DNA of 64,000 bases from an uncultured Actinomycetota bacterium (GTDB taxonomy: Bacteria; Actinomycetota; Actinomycetes; Mycobacteriales; Mycobacteriaceae), in assembly GCA_963741555.1 (NCBI GenBank), contig CAVUIH010000009.1, forward strand, positions 10,200 through 74,199, in the 5' to 3' direction. The position numbers were made by a program, and so were the translations under genes. Under the pieces are notes generated by a model. It saw only the letters and a list, made by a program, of their open reading frames with translations, made no database searches and had not been told where the DNA came from. Positions 1 to 11,820 of the stretch are shown here, piece after piece. How positions within the stretch are numbered: position 1 is the first letter of the stretch; every line of letters starts with the position of its first letter.

Positions 1-2767
1 TGTGGGGCTTCTTCATCCTCATCACGGTCTACATCGAGGCCTACGGCACGCTATTCGTGCCGAACTTCCACATCCCGATCGTCGGCCGGTGGGACGCGCT
101 GGGTTTCCTGCAGGACTTCATCGCCCTCGCCGTGCTGGCCGGCATCACGACATTCGCCATCATCCGGTTGCGCTCCGAACCCAAGCAGTACGGCCGCTCG
201 TCACGGTTCTACGGCTCGCACACCGGCGGCGCGTGGCTGATCCTGTTCATGATCTCCCTGGTCATCTTCAGCTACGCCATCTTCCGCGGCGCCGCGGTCA
301 ACACCGGAAACTTCCCGTACGGTGAGGGCGCGTTCTTCTCGCACGCATGGGAGCGCTCATGCATCCGCTGGGTGTCACCGCCAACGAGTGGATCGAGACG
401 ATCGCGCTGCTGGCTCACATCAGCGTCGCGCTGGTCTTCCTGATCATCGTGCTGCACTCCAAGCACCTGCACATCTTCCTGGCGCCGATCAACGTCACCT
501 TCAAGCGGCTGCCCGACGGCCTGGGCCCGCTGCTGCCGATCGAAGCCAACGGCAAGCCGATCGACTTCGAAAACCCGCCGACGACGCGGAGTTCGGCCGC
601 GGCAAGATCGAGGACTTCACCTGGAAGGGCAACCTCGACTTCGCCACCTGTACCGAGTGTGGGCGCTGCCAGTCGCAGTGCCCGGCCTGGAACACCGGCA
701 AACCGCTGTCGCCCAAGCTCGTCATCATGGACCTGCGCGATCACTGGATGGCCAAGGCGCCCTACATCCTTGGCGAAAAGAAGGCCGAGCCCTCGGAAGG
801 ACTCGACCTCGAGACCGCCCACGAAGAGGGCCACCACGTTCCCGAATCCGGGTTCGGCCGAGTACCCGGGCACGGGCCCGAGCAGGTTGCCCGCCCACTG
901 GTCGGCACCGCCGAACAGGGCGGCGTCATCGACCCCGACGTGCTGTGGTCCTGCGTGAACTGCGGTGCCTGCGTCGAGCAGTGCCCGGTGGACATCGAGC
1001 ACATCGACCACATCGTCGACATGCGCCGCTACCAGGTGATGATGGAGTCGGAGTTCCCGTCGGAGCTCTCGGTGCTGTTCAAAAACCTTGAGACCAAAGC
1101 GAATCCGTGGGGTCAGAACGCCGCCGATCGCACGAACTGGATCAGCGAGGTCGACTTCGACGTCCCGGTGTACGGCGAAGACGTCGACAGCTTCGACGGT
1201 TACGAATACCTGTTCTGGGTCGGCTGCGCCGGCGCCTACGACGACAAGGCCAAGAAGACCACCAAGGCGGTCGCCGAACTGCTCGCCAGCGCCGGGGTGA
1301 AGTTCCTGGTGCTGGGCACCGGCGAGACCTGCAACGGCGACTCGGCCCGCCGCTCGGGTAACGAGTTCTTGTTCCAGCAGCTTGCCCAGCAGGCGAAAGA
1401 AACGCTGGACGGGCTGTTCGAAGGCGTCGAGACCGTCGACCGCAAGATCGTCGTCACCTGCCCGCACTGCTTCAACACGCTGGGCCGCGAATACCGTCAG
1501 CTCGGCGCCAATTACTCCGTGCTGCACCACACCCAGCTGCTGAACCGGCTGGTGCGCGACAAGAAGCTGGTGCCGGTAAGCCCGGTCTCCGAGGACGTCA
1601 CCTACCACGACCCGTGCTTCCTGGGTCGGCACAACAAGGTCTACGAGGCGCCTCGTGAGCTGATCAACGCGGCCGGCGCGAAGCTGACCGAGATGCCGCG
1701 GCACGCCGATCGCAGCTTCTGCTGCGGCGCCGGCGGTGCGCGGATGTGGATGGAAGAGCACATCGGCAAGCGGATCAACCACGAGCGCGTCGACGAGGCG
1801 CTGGCCACCGGTGCCACCACCGTCGCCACCGCGTGCCCGTTCTGCCGCGTGATGGTCACCGACGGTGTCAACGACCGCCAGGAAGAGGCCGGCCGCGAGG
1901 GCGTCGACGTCCGCGACGTGGCGCAACTGCTCCTCGAGTCGCTCGACCGCGACAGCATCACACTGCCCGAGAAGGGCACTGCCGCAAAGCAAGCCGAAGA
2001 GCGTGCCGAGAAGGCCGCGCCTAAGGCCCCGGAAGCTCACGCCGCGCCGCCCGCCGCGACCGAGCCGGCGAAGACCGAAGACAAGGACGACGCCGCTGCG
2101 GGCAAGGATGCGAAAGCCGTCACCGGACTGGGCATCGCCGGCGGCGCGAAGCGTCCCGGAGCCAAGAAGGAAGCGCCGGCATCCGACGAGAAACCCGCCG
2201 AGGCAAAGGAATCTGCAGCCCCGGTGAAGGGGCTGGGTATTGCCGGCGGCGCCAAGCGGCCCGGAGCCAAGAAAGCGGCCGCAAAGCCTGCAGGCTGCAG
2301 CGGAATCCGCGCCGGCGGCCGAGTCAGAGGCCAAGAGCGAGTCCGCACCGGCCGCACCCGTCAAGGGATTGGGCCTCGCCGCCGGAGCCAAGCGGCCGGG
2401 CGCGAAGAAGACTGCTGCCACCCCGGAGGCCTCAGCGCAATCCGAGCCGGCCGCACAGCCCGAATCCAAGACGGAGGCGCCCGCGGAGTCGGAGGCCAAG
2501 GCACCGGCCGCACCCGTCAAGGGACTCGGCATCGCAGCGGGCGCGAAGCGGCCCGGCGCAAAGAAGACCGCTGCCGCGGCGCAACCGGCGTCGCCGGAGC
2601 CGAAGACCGAGGCCGAGTCGAAGCCGGAGCCGGAGCCGGAGGCCAAGTCAGAGCCCCAGTCGACGCCGGCGGACAGCGACGGCGACGCTAACGGCGAAGC
2701 CGCGCCACAACCGCCCGTAAAGGGGCTGGGCATTGCCCGCGGTGCGCGTCCGCCAGGTAAACGCTGA
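1..2767 (+). CDS. ispQ: Membrane Fe-S oxidoreductase (heterodisulfide reductase-like, Rv0338c/FadF type); 5' end outside window; frameshifts near 345, 575 and 2290
   Basis: TM N-terminus (ORFs 57..443 and 347..958), two ferredoxin motifs (CTECGRCQSQCP, CVNCGACVEQCP), CCG domains (YHDPC, FCCGAGG, TACPFC), C-terminus GLGIARGARPPGKR; directly upstream of aspC. Confidence 0.85.
2125..2764 (+). repeat. Five dispersed copies of peptide repeat GLG[IL]AxGAKRPGAKK (last copy GLGIARGARPPGKR) separated by A/E/P/K linkers
   Basis: Visible in translations of 322..2691 and 2240..2767. Confidence 0.9.
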
Positions 2768-2813
2768 TCAGGCGGATTGCTGAATTATTAAATAGATAGA
2801 CAGCCGTGGCACC

Positions 2814-4088
2814 ATGGTTGACGTGACCACTCACCAGCTGCCATGGCAAACCGCGGGGCATCAGCCGCGGCAGCGCACCTTCGCGCAGTCATCGAAGCTG
2901 CAGGATGTGCTCTACGAGATCCGTGGGCCGGTGCACGATCACGCGGCACGGCTGGAGTCCGAGGGTCACCGCATCCTCAAGCTGAACATCGGCAACCCGG
3001 CGCCGTTCGGTTTCGACGCGCCCGACGTGATCATGCGCGACATGATTCAGGCGCTGCCTTACGCCCAGGGCTACTCCGATTCCAAGGGGATCTTGCCGGC
3101 ACGGCGCGCGGTAGTCACCCGCTACGAACTCGTCGACGGTTTCCCGCGATTCGACGTCGACGACGTGTATCTGGGCAACGGCGTGTCGGAGCTGATCACG
3201 CTGACCCTGCAAGCCCTGCTGGACAACGGTGATCAGGTGCTGATCCCGGCACCCGACTATCCGCTGTGGACGGCGTCGACGTCGCTGGCGGGTGGCACCC
3301 CGGTGCATTACCTGTGCGACGAGACTCAGGGCTGGCAGCCCGACATCGCCGACATCGAGTCGAAGATCACCGAGCGCACCAAGGCTCTGGTGGTGATCAA
3401 CCCGAACAACCCGACCGGCGCTGTCTACAGCCGTGAAATCCTCACGCAGATGGGCGATTTGGCGCGCAAACATCAGCTGCTGCTACTCGCCGACGAGATC
3501 TACGACAAGATCCTCTACGACGACGCGCAGCACATCAGCATGGCGTCGGTCGCGCCCGACCTGTTGTGCCTGACGTTCAACGGGCTGTCAAAGGCGTACC
3601 GGGTCGCCGGTTATCGCGCCGGCTGGCTCGCGATCACCGGGCCCAAAGACCATGCCACCAGCTTCATAGAAGGCATCCACCTGCTTGCCAATATGCGGCT
3701 GTGCCCCAATGTTCCTGCCCAGCACGCGATTCAGGTTGCACTGGGCGGGCATCAGAGCATCGATGACCTGGTGCTGCCGGGTGGGCGGCTGCTCGAACAG
3801 CGCGACGTGGCGTGGTCCAAGCTGAACGAGATCCCCGGGGTGTCCTGCGTCAAACCCGCGGGCGCGCTCTACGCGTTCCCGCGGCTGGATCCCGAGGTGC
3901 ACGAGATCGCCGACGACGAGCAGCTTGTGCTGGATCTGCTGCTGTCGGAGAAGATCCTGGTCACTCAGGGCACCGGATTCAATTGGCCCGCACCGGATCA
4001 CCTGCGCATCGTGACGCTGCCCTGGTCGCGCGACCTGTCCCGCGCCATCGAGCGGTTGGGCAACTTCCTCGCCAGCTACCGCCAGTAA
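2814..4088 (+). CDS. aspC: PLP-dependent class I/II aminotransferase (Rv0337c; AspC/AlaA type)
   Basis: LNIGNP, INPNNPTG, ADEIY, NGLSKAYRVAGYRAGW (PLP lysine). Confidence 0.93.
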   Translation: MVDVTTHQLPWQTAGHQPRQRTFAQSSKLQDVLYEIRGPVHDHAARLESEGHRILKLNIGNPAPFGFDAPDVIMRDMIQALPYAQGYSDSKGILPARRAVVTRYELVDGFPRFDVDDVYLGNGVSELITLTLQALLDNGDQVLIPAPDYPLWTASTSLAGGTPVHYLCDETQGWQPDIADIESKITERTKALVVINPNNPTGAVYSREILTQMGDLARKHQLLLLADEIYDKILYDDAQHISMASVAPDLLCLTFNGLSKAYRVAGYRAGWLAITGPKDHATSFIEGIHLLANMRLCPNVPAQHAIQVALGGHQSIDDLVLPGGRLLEQRDVAWSKLNEIPGVSCVKPAGALYAFPRLDPEVHEIADDEQLVLDLLLSEKILVTQGTGFNWPAPDHLRIVTLPWSRDLSRAIERLGNFLASYRQ

Positions 4089-4489
4089 GCGTTCGCTCTC
4101 GCCATTCGAGGAACCGCACGCACACATGACGGGCGTCGGGTCTGAGGCCGCCAGCGCGGCCTCCCACAGCTGGCCGATCATTTGAACTTTCTATGAGTTT
4201 GCCCGCTGAGCGCGCGCCGCGGTGACCGCGAAGGGCAAGATTGGTTGTATCTGCGTCGGTGCTTTCTCGCATTGGCTAGTCCACACAGCCGTGGTGACAC
4301 GAGTTGAGTTGTGGTGCAGACGATCTGGTTGCGAGGGTAACAGGCGAAGCGATTCAACACCCGCAGCAACGAATCGCGGCTGATCGAGCCGTTCGCAAAG
4401 GAGAACTGCGATGCCATACCGATGTACATCGGCGGTGACGATCCCGGACGCACCGTGCGTACGCATCGTCGCCACTGCGGAGCGCTGAC

Positions 4490-5716
4490 GTGGACTTCGG
4501 CGCGCTACCACCGGAGGTCAACTCCGGACGAATGTATTCCGGACCCGGCTCGACGCCGCTGCGCACGGCGTCGGCAGCGTGGAATCTGCTTGCTGCGGAA
4601 CTGGAGCAGACAGCCACCGGCTATCAGTCGACCATCGACACATTGGCCGACGACGAATGGCGCGGTCCCACATCGGCATCGATGGTCGCCGCCGTCGATC
4701 CCTACATCACGTGGATGAACACCACCGCGGAGAAAGCCGGCCACACCGCGGCCCAAGCTTCGGCGGCCGCAACCGCCTACGAGACCGCCTACGCGATGAC
4801 GGTGCCGCCCCCTTTGGTCGCGGCCAACCGAGCACAATTGGCGATGCTGGTCGCCACCAACGTCCTGGGCCAGAACACGGCGGCCATCGCCGCCAACGAG
4901 GCTCAATACGGTGAAATGTGGGCGCAGGACGCGGCGGCGATGTACGGCTACGCCGGGAGTTCGGCCTCGGCCGCGACGGTTCAGCAGCTCACCCCGCCGC
5001 CGGAGACCGCCAAACCGACGGCTGCTGCCCAGCAGGGATCCGCGGTTGCGCAGGCGACCGGCACCAGCGCGGGGGCCGGCGTGCAATCGCAACTGCAGCA
5101 ACTGATCTCCGGCGTCCCGTCGTCGTTGAACCAACTCACCTCGCCGACGTCCGCGGCTGCGACCCCGGGTGGTTGGCTGACCCAACTTCTCGACTTCCTA
5201 GACGGCGCGGACGGGAACTCGATCGGAACCTTCCTGAACTCCTCCCTCGTGAACGGTTTCGTGTCGGCCGGATACGTCAGCCCCGCGATCATCACACCCG
5301 CGATCACCAGCGGTTTGGCCGACATCAACTCGTTGGACCCAAACGTCGAGTCGGCGCCCGGGGGCGCCGGCGTCACCAGCATGATCACGCCTGCTCCGGC
5401 GGCTCCGGCGCCGGCGCCGGCGAGCGTGCCGAATGTGGGCGTCTCGGTGAACACCTCCGGCAGCACACTGGTCGGCAAGCTGTCCGTCCCGCCGACGTGG
5501 TCGGCGGCAGCGCAGGTGGCCAACCACAGCGGCGTCACCTATGCCGGCGGCGGGTGGACCAACGCGGTCGGCCCAACCGGCGGCGGTACCGAAGCTGTGC
5601 CGGCCGGGATGCCCGGGATGCCCGGTGCTTCTGCCGGCAGATCCGGCGGATTCGGTCACGGCCCCCGCTACGGCAACCGCCTGACCGTCATGGGTCGTCC
5701 GCTGTCCGGCGGCTGA
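4490..5716 (+). CDS. PPE family protein, SVP subfamily
   Basis: [40 protein letters not shown]. Confidence 0.95.
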   Translation: MDFGALPPEVNSGRMYSGPGSTPLRTASAAWNLLAAELEQTATGYQSTIDTLADDEWRGPTSASMVAAVDPYITWMNTTAEKAGHTAAQASAAATAYETAYAMTVPPPLVAANRAQLAMLVATNVLGQNTAAIAANEAQYGEMWAQDAAAMYGYAGSSASAATVQQLTPPPETAKPTAAAQQGSAVAQATGTSAGAGVQSQLQQLISGVPSSLNQLTSPTSAAATPGGWLTQLLDFLDGADGNSIGTFLNSSLVNGFVSAGYVSPAIITPAITSGLADINSLDPNVESAPGGAGVTSMITPAPAAPAPAPASVPNVGVSVNTSGSTLVGKLSVPPTWSAAAQVANHSGVTYAGGGWTNAVGPTGGGTEAVPAGMPGMPGASAGRSGGFGHGPRYGNRLTVMGRPLSGG

Positions 5717-5727
5717 TCACGGCGGCG

Positions 5728-6603
5728 TCAGCCCCGTTCCAGCAACTCCAGCAGGTAGCTCCCGTAACCGGATTTCAGTAGCAACTTGGCTCGCTGTGCC
5801 AGCTGCTCGTCGTCGATGAAGCCCATCCGCCACGCCACTTCTTCGGGGACGCTGACCTTCAAGCCTTGGCGTTGTTCCAGCGTACGAACGTAATCGCCGG
5901 CGGCCGCCAACAAGTCGAATGTCCCGGTGTCCAGCCACGCCGTACCACGGGCCAGCACCTCGACGGTCAGCCGTCCCTGGTTGAGGTAGGCCCGGTTGAC
6001 GTCGGTGATCTCGTATTCGCCTCGCTCAGAGGGCCGTAAGCCGCGGGCGATCTCGATCACGTCGTTGTCATAGAAGTACAGACCCGGCACCGCGTAGTTC
6101 GATTTCGGCGTGGCGGGTTTCTCTTCGATCGACAACGCAATGCCGTCGGCGCCGAATTCGACAACCCCGTACGCCGTCGGATTGGCGACCCAGTACGCAA
6201 AAATTGCTCCACCGCTGACTGATTGGAGGCGCTGAAGGTTAGTGCCCAGCCCGGGACCGTGAAAGATGTTGTCGCCCAGAGCCAATGCCACCGAATCGTT
6301 TCCGATGTGGCCGGCACCGATCACGAACGCCTGTGCCAGGCCCTTAGGCTGAGCTTGGACTGCGTAGCTGATGTTGATACCGAATGCGCTGCCATCGCCC
6401 AGCACTCGCTGGAAAGCGGGCGCGTCGGGAATGGTGGTGATGAGCTGAATATCGCGGATGCCGGCCATCATCAGCGTGGACAACGGGTAATAGATCATCG
6501 GCTTGTCGTAGACCGGCAACAGCTGCTTGCTGACGCCCAAGGTGACCGGGTACAGGCGCGTGCCCGCACCGCCCGCCAGAATGATCCCTCGCATGCCTGC
6601 CAT
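5728..6603 (-). CDS. rmlA: Glucose-1-phosphate thymidylyltransferase
   Basis: [42 protein letters not shown]. Confidence 0.97.
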   Translation of the reverse strand: MAGMRGIILAGGAGTRLYPVTLGVSKQLLPVYDKPMIYYPLSTLMMAGIRDIQLITTIPDAPAFQRVLGDGSAFGINISYAVQAQPKGLAQAFVIGAGHIGNDSVALALGDNIFHGPGLGTNLQRLQSVSGGAIFAYWVANPTAYGVVEFGADGIALSIEEKPATPKSNYAVPGLYFYDNDVIEIARGLRPSERGEYEITDVNRAYLNQGRLTVEVLARGTAWLDTGTFDLLAAAGDYVRTLEQRQGLKVSVPEEVAWRMGFIDDEQLAQRAKLLLKSGYGSYLLELLERG

Positions 6604-6604
6604 C

Positions 6605-6958
6605 TCAGTCGACGAGATCGGCGTCGGTCAACTCGGTCGCCGCCAGCGCGGCCGCCAGGTCGTCATGCCGGAACACCGAGGTGACGTGGTCATGGACCAC
6701 CCGAAAGGCGGCTGCGGCAGTGCCGTTGGTGATGTTCTGTTCGACGACGACGACGCCGTCGTGAACGTAGATTCTGCCCACCTCGGCTTCGGGCGGATGG
6801 GCGGACGCCCACTCGCGCAACGCGGCGTGGCCTTGCGCGGCGCCGTGCGCGTCGCCGACCTCGATGTCATCGCTGGACAGCGAGATCAAGGTGTCGAGGT
6901 CGGCCGCGTTCAACGCGTCGTGCCATGCCAGTACGGTGGCAATCTCCGATGTGGTCAT
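6605..6958 (-). CDS. SnoaL/NTF2-like protein (Rv0333 orthologue)
   Basis: [23 protein letters not shown]; directly upstream of rmlA. Confidence 0.8.
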   Translation of the reverse strand: MTTSEIATVLAWHDALNAADLDTLISLSSDDIEVGDAHGAAQGHAALREWASAHPPEAEVGRIYVHDGVVVVEQNITNGTAAAAFRVVHDHVTSVFRHDDLAAALAATELTDADLVD

Positions 6959-7027
6959 GACGTGCAACGTACCGCGTGCGTCTAGAACGGTGGCCGAGAT
7001 TCCAGCGAGAGCGCGCCGTTAGCTCGG

Positions 7028-8354
7028 TCAGGCTACGCGGCGCCCCAGGCAGCGCACGCGCCAGCCGGCCTGCTGCCAGCGCTGCACGTCGAGGCAGTTG
7101 CGGCCGTCGACCACGACACGGGCTCGTACCCGGTCGGCGAGCACGTCGGGGTCGAGCTCGACGAATTCCGGCCACTCGGTGAGCACCAGAACGGCGTCGG
7201 CGCGGTCACACGCTTCCTCCACCGATACGGCGTAATTCAGCGTGGGAAACAGTCGCCGGGCGTTCTCCAGCGCCTTGGGGTCGTAGACATTGACCGCGGC
7301 ACCGTTGAGCTGCAGCTGGCCCGCGACGTTAAGGGCCGGTGAATCGCGGACGTCGTCGGATTCGGGCTTGAATGCGGCGCCGAGCACCGCGATGTTCGCG
7401 CCCAGCAGCGACCCGCCGCAGGCGCTGGTGGTGATCTCAACCATCTTCGTGCGGCGGCGCATGTTGATGTTGTCGACCTCGCGCAGGAAGGTCAGTGCCT
7501 GGTCAGCGCCAAGCTCGCCGGCGCGTGCCATGAACGCTCGAATATCTTTCGGCAGGCAGCCACCGCCAAAACCCAAGCCGGCGTTGAGGAATCGGCGTCC
7601 GATACGCGGGTCGTGGCCGAGCGCATCGGCCAACAGCGCAACGTCGGCTCCAGCCGCTTCGCACACCTCGGAGATCGCGTTGATGAACGAGATCTTGGTC
7701 GCCAGAAAGGCGTTCGCGGAGACCTTGACCAGCTCCGCGGTCTGCAGATCAGTCACCAGGAACGGGACACTCGGCGTCGAGCATCGGCGCATACAGTTCG
7801 CGGATCGCGGCCTCGGCGCGCATCGACCCGTCCTGAACGCCGAGCACGATGCGGTCGGGCCGCAAGGTGTCCTGTACGGCAAATCCTTCCCGCAGAAACT
7901 CGGGATTCCAAGCGATTTCGACGTCGACACCGGGCCGTGCGGCGTCGCGAGCCCGCTGAACCAGGTCGGCGGCGGTGCCGACCGGAACGGTGGACTTACC
8001 GACAATCACCGACGGTCGGGTCAATCGCGGTGCGAGCGTGTCGATTACGGCGTGGACGTGACTCAGGTCGGCGCCGTACTCGCCCCGCTTCTGCGGGGTG
8101 CCGACGCCGAGGAAATGCACCTCGGCGAAGTCAGCGGCCAGATCGTAGTCGGTGGTGAACTGCAAGCGTCCGGCTGCGATGTTGTCTTGCAACATCTTTC
8201 GCAGGCCAGGCTCGTAGAAGGGAACGTCACCAGCAGCCAGCTTGGCGACCTTACCGGGATCGATGTCGACGCCGACAACCTCGTGCCCCAGTTCGGCCAT
8301 CCCCGCAGCGTGGGTAGCACCCAGATAACCCGTTCCGAAAACGGAGCACCTCAT
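7028..8354 (-). CDS. udgA: UDP-glucose 6-dehydrogenase; one frameshift near 7770
   Basis: GTGYLG, KSTVPVGT, NPEFLREG in 7749..8414; KVSANAFLA, GFGGGCLPKD, AFKPESDDVRDSP in 7028..8005. Confidence 0.93.
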
Positions 8355-8470
8355 ACACCCGTGTGTAAGCGGCTGCAATGATCTGATGGCATCGCTCTTC
8401 TGAGCGATGGGCAAACGTCAGATGACGGTTTGCAGTCGACGGCTAAAAGCCCAGGCCGGCAATGCTCGGC

Positions 8471-10001
8471 TCAGTGGCCGAAGCCGAAGCCGAAGCCGCC
8501 ATGGCCAAAGCCGCCGCCAAAGTGGCGGAGCCGCCGCCCCCGCTGCCGTGGCCGCCGCCACCGCCTGGGCCGGGGAAGCCGCCGCCGGGGTTGCCGCCGC
8601 CGCCACCTGGACCCCACGGCCCACTGGGCGGCCCGAACCGGGGCCCACCGAAGATTCCTGGTATCGGGATCGGCACCGGAATAGGTGCGACGACAGGCGG
8701 CGGTGCAACAGGAGGCGGAGCCACCGGCTCCGGAGCAACCGGCGCCGGCGCCGCCGGTGCGGGTACGGGAGCCGGGGCGGCCTGCACGGGTGCGGGAGCC
8801 GGTGCCGCCGGAGCCGGGGCCGGGGCCTCGGGAGCAGGTTCGGGCGCCGGCGCCTCAGGAGCAGGCGCGGGCGCGGCGGTGCGGGTGCCGGTGCAGACGC
8901 CGGGGCCGGGGCTACGGGTCGCGGCAGGCGCCGGCTTGGGTGCCACCGCCTGTTGACCCGGTTGCGGCCGGACAGCCGGCGTTCGGACGCATGCTGACCG
9001 CCAGAGCGACCAGCAACGCCGCGGCACCCACAACGAAGATCGCCGCAACCGCGCTGGCCACCAGGACCAGCGGCCTGCGGCCACCGTCAGACGGGGCCTC
9101 GGCGACGCCGGTGTAGGTACCGGTCTCGAAATCGGCTTGCTCGCCGGCGAACGCGGTGTAGGCGTCGACGTCGTCGTCGGCCACCGCACTGTAGGCGAGG
9201 GCTTGTTCGCCCGAAGCGTTGTCGACGGCGACGTCGAAGTAGCCCGGTGCGACCGCGTAGGGGTTGATGAAGCCGGTGCCCGGATCCTGCGCGTAAGCCA
9301 GGGCCTCGGTTGACGAAGAGAACAGCGGCGCATTGGCCGAAGCCAGCGCCGCGCCACGGGCCAGCGCGGTCTCCGGCTCCTCGGGCGCGCTGACGATCAT
9401 CCCGGTGACGGCCTCGAGCTGCGATTTCAGCGGGGTGATGTCGACGCCCGATCCGACCAGGAACAGGCCGTCGGGTCGCGTGCCCAACGAGTCGGCGCCG
9501 GACGCCAGCGCCGCCAGTTCGGCAAGCGAATTACCGCCGGGCGTCAGCGGCTGGCGTTGCACCTCGGTGATCGAACCGTCGGAGGTGTTGACCACCGCCA
9601 GCGTTGCGGTCTCGGGCTCGACGAACAGCAGACCGGTCTGCGCGTAGCCGATCGAGCTGCCGACGAGCTGGGCCAGTGCCGCCGCGGCCAGGAAACGACG
9701 ACACCAGCATCACGTTCTCGACCTTGCGTTCCGCTAACGCGTCACGCAGTGCCGCGGCATCGACCGGATCTGTCCAGGTGACGCCCGTCGACCGCAGTTG
9801 GTAGCCGCTCTCGGCGGCACCCTCCTGGGTGCCAAGGATCGCCGATACGACTTGGTCGGCCGCATTGATGGTGGGGGCGTCGGCAGCCAGGTTGACGTCG
9901 AAGCCTTCTTCGTCGACGGTCGCGCCGTCGGCGTTTTCACCCTCCACGAGAACCATGCGGACCGCAGTGGGCGCCATCGAAACGCCAAGTACGGTGTCCA
10001 C
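8471..10001 (-). CDS. Paralog A: degenerate actin/Hsp70-fold domain + TM + Pro-rich stalk + Gly/Phe/His tail (DUF7159-like, from recall); several frameshifts
   Basis: RBS GGAGGAG + GTG; rebuilt from ORFs 9531..10001, 8912..9595, 8443..9357 and a final frame reading HFGGGFGHGGFGFGFGH to TGA at 8471-8473. Confidence 0.78.
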
Positions 10002-10165
10002 TTCTCCTCCAAGCTGTTCGCCCGCTCACCGGGTCAAAAGGATTGCCGGGGTTCCTCAGGTTCTGGCAGAAGCGGCGCGGATCATTGTCCGGTTATTTGC
10101 CACTTCGACTTTACCGACGGCGGAACCGGGCGGCTATGGGTTGACGACGCAATTCCCGGCGGTCA

Positions 10166-11606
10166 CTAACGGCCGTGGCCGCCACCGTGACCCCAGCCAC
10201 CGCCGCCGTGACCCCAGCCGCCGCCGCCGTGGCCCCAGGGGCCACCGTGGTCGCCGCGGTCGCCGCCCCACGGGCCCGGGCGGGCGGGCCGAACAGCGGG
10301 GGTAAGCCGGGTATCGGAATCGGAATCGGTGCGGGCACGGGCGCTGGGCCGGGAACGAAGGCGGGGGCCGGCGCCGGGCGCGGAACGAAGACGGTGCAGG
10401 TGCCGGCGCTGGGGCCGGATGGAATACGGGGGCTGGCGCGGGCGCCGCGACCGGCGCGGGCGGGGCCGCCACCTGCGCCTTGGGCAACGGGGCCGGGGCC
10501 GGGGCCGGCAGCGGTCGAGCCGGAGCGACCACGTTGTGGCTGAGACTGGGCCGCGAGCTTGCTGACGGTCGGATACTGAACGCCAGCGAGATCACCAATG
10601 CCATGACGCCGGTCACAAAAATGATCAACACGCTCATCGCCGCCAAAAACGGTGTGCGACTGACGTGTTCGTGCTCCATTGCACCGAAATCCGGGTACAT
10701 GCCGGTGGTGAAGTCGTTGTCTTCGCCGGCATACGCGTCGGCGCCCATCTGGGTGTAGACCGCGGCAGAGTCGTCGGCGACGGCGCTGTAGGCCAGCCCG
10801 TCTTCGCGCGGCTCGGCAGCGACAGCCTCGGCGACCGCGAGGTATCCCGGCTCGTGGACGTGCGGGCTGACCGCACCGGTGCCCGGGTCGAGCGCGTAGG
10901 CCTGCGCGGCCGTCGACGACGCGAACAGTGGTGCATTCGCCGACGCGAGTGCCGCGCCTCGGGCCAGCGCCATCTCGGGCTGGTCGGGCATGCTCAGCGG
11001 AAGCGACGTCGCGCCTTCCAGCGCCGGCTTGATCAGCGGAATGTCGACCCCGGAGCCGATGACCAGGACGCCGTCAGGCTCGTCGTCGAGCCGCTCGGCG
11101 GCGGAGACCAGATCAAGCAGTTTCGACACTGCCTGGTCGTCGTCGTCGGGCAATATCTCGCGGTGAACGTCGGTGATCGACCCGTCGTTGGTATCGACCA
11201 CTGCCAGCGTCGCGGTTTCGGGCTCGACATACAGCAGCGCGGCGCGGGCGTATCCCGTCGCGGCGCCCATCGACTGGGCCAATGCCGCCGCGGCAAGAAA
11301 CGTCGAGACAAGCATCACGTTCTCGACCTTGCGCGCCGCCAATGCGTCGCGCAGTTCGGCAGCATCGCGCGGATTACTCCACGTCACACCGGTTGACAAC
11401 AGCTCGTAACCGGCCTCGTTGGCGCCTTCACGAGTGCCCAGAATCGCCGCAACCACCTGATCCGGCGCCCTCAAGGTTGCCGGGTCTTCGCCGTCGGTGA
11501 CGACGAAACTGTCCTCATCGACGGTCACACCGTCGGCGTTTTCTCCCTCAACCAACACGATGCGGACCGTCGTGGGTGCCATCGATACACCAAGTACCGT
11601 GTCCAC
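10166..11606 (-). CDS. Paralog B: same architecture with Gly/Trp/His tail; frameshifts near 10390 and 10280
   Basis: GGAGG + GTG (VDTVLGVSMAPTTVRIVLVEGENADG); last frame reads GPWGGDRGDHGGPWGHGGGGWGHGGGGWGHGGGHGR to TAG at 10166-10168. Confidence 0.8.
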
Positions 11607-11736
11607 GAATCCTCCAACATGTTTGCCAGCTATCCGCGGTCCGTGTCCGATAAGCGCACCGTTGAGGTGGCCAAACACAAATTCAAACGCCGCACTTGTG
11701 CGCGGCGTTGACCGCGGATTAGCTGTGCTCGGTGAA

Positions 11737-11763
11737 GTACCCGCCAGGGACATTGGTCAATCC
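11737..11763 (-). promoter_or_regulatory. Putative SigF promoter upstream of paralog B
   Basis: Minus strand GGATT-N16-GGGTAC matches mycobacterial SigF consensus GGWWT-N16/17-GGGTAY, about 130 bp upstream of the start. Confidence 0.55.
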
Positions 11764-11820
11764 CCCCGGCTGACCCTTCGCAGCACGACTTTACCGTGCC
11801 TCTCGCGGGGCCGCCGGAAA

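Noticed and set aside
415-2733. 772 aa minus-strand ORF and many similar long antisense ORFs
   Set aside because: Shadow frames of high-GC genes; no motifs; they overlap well-supported CDSs
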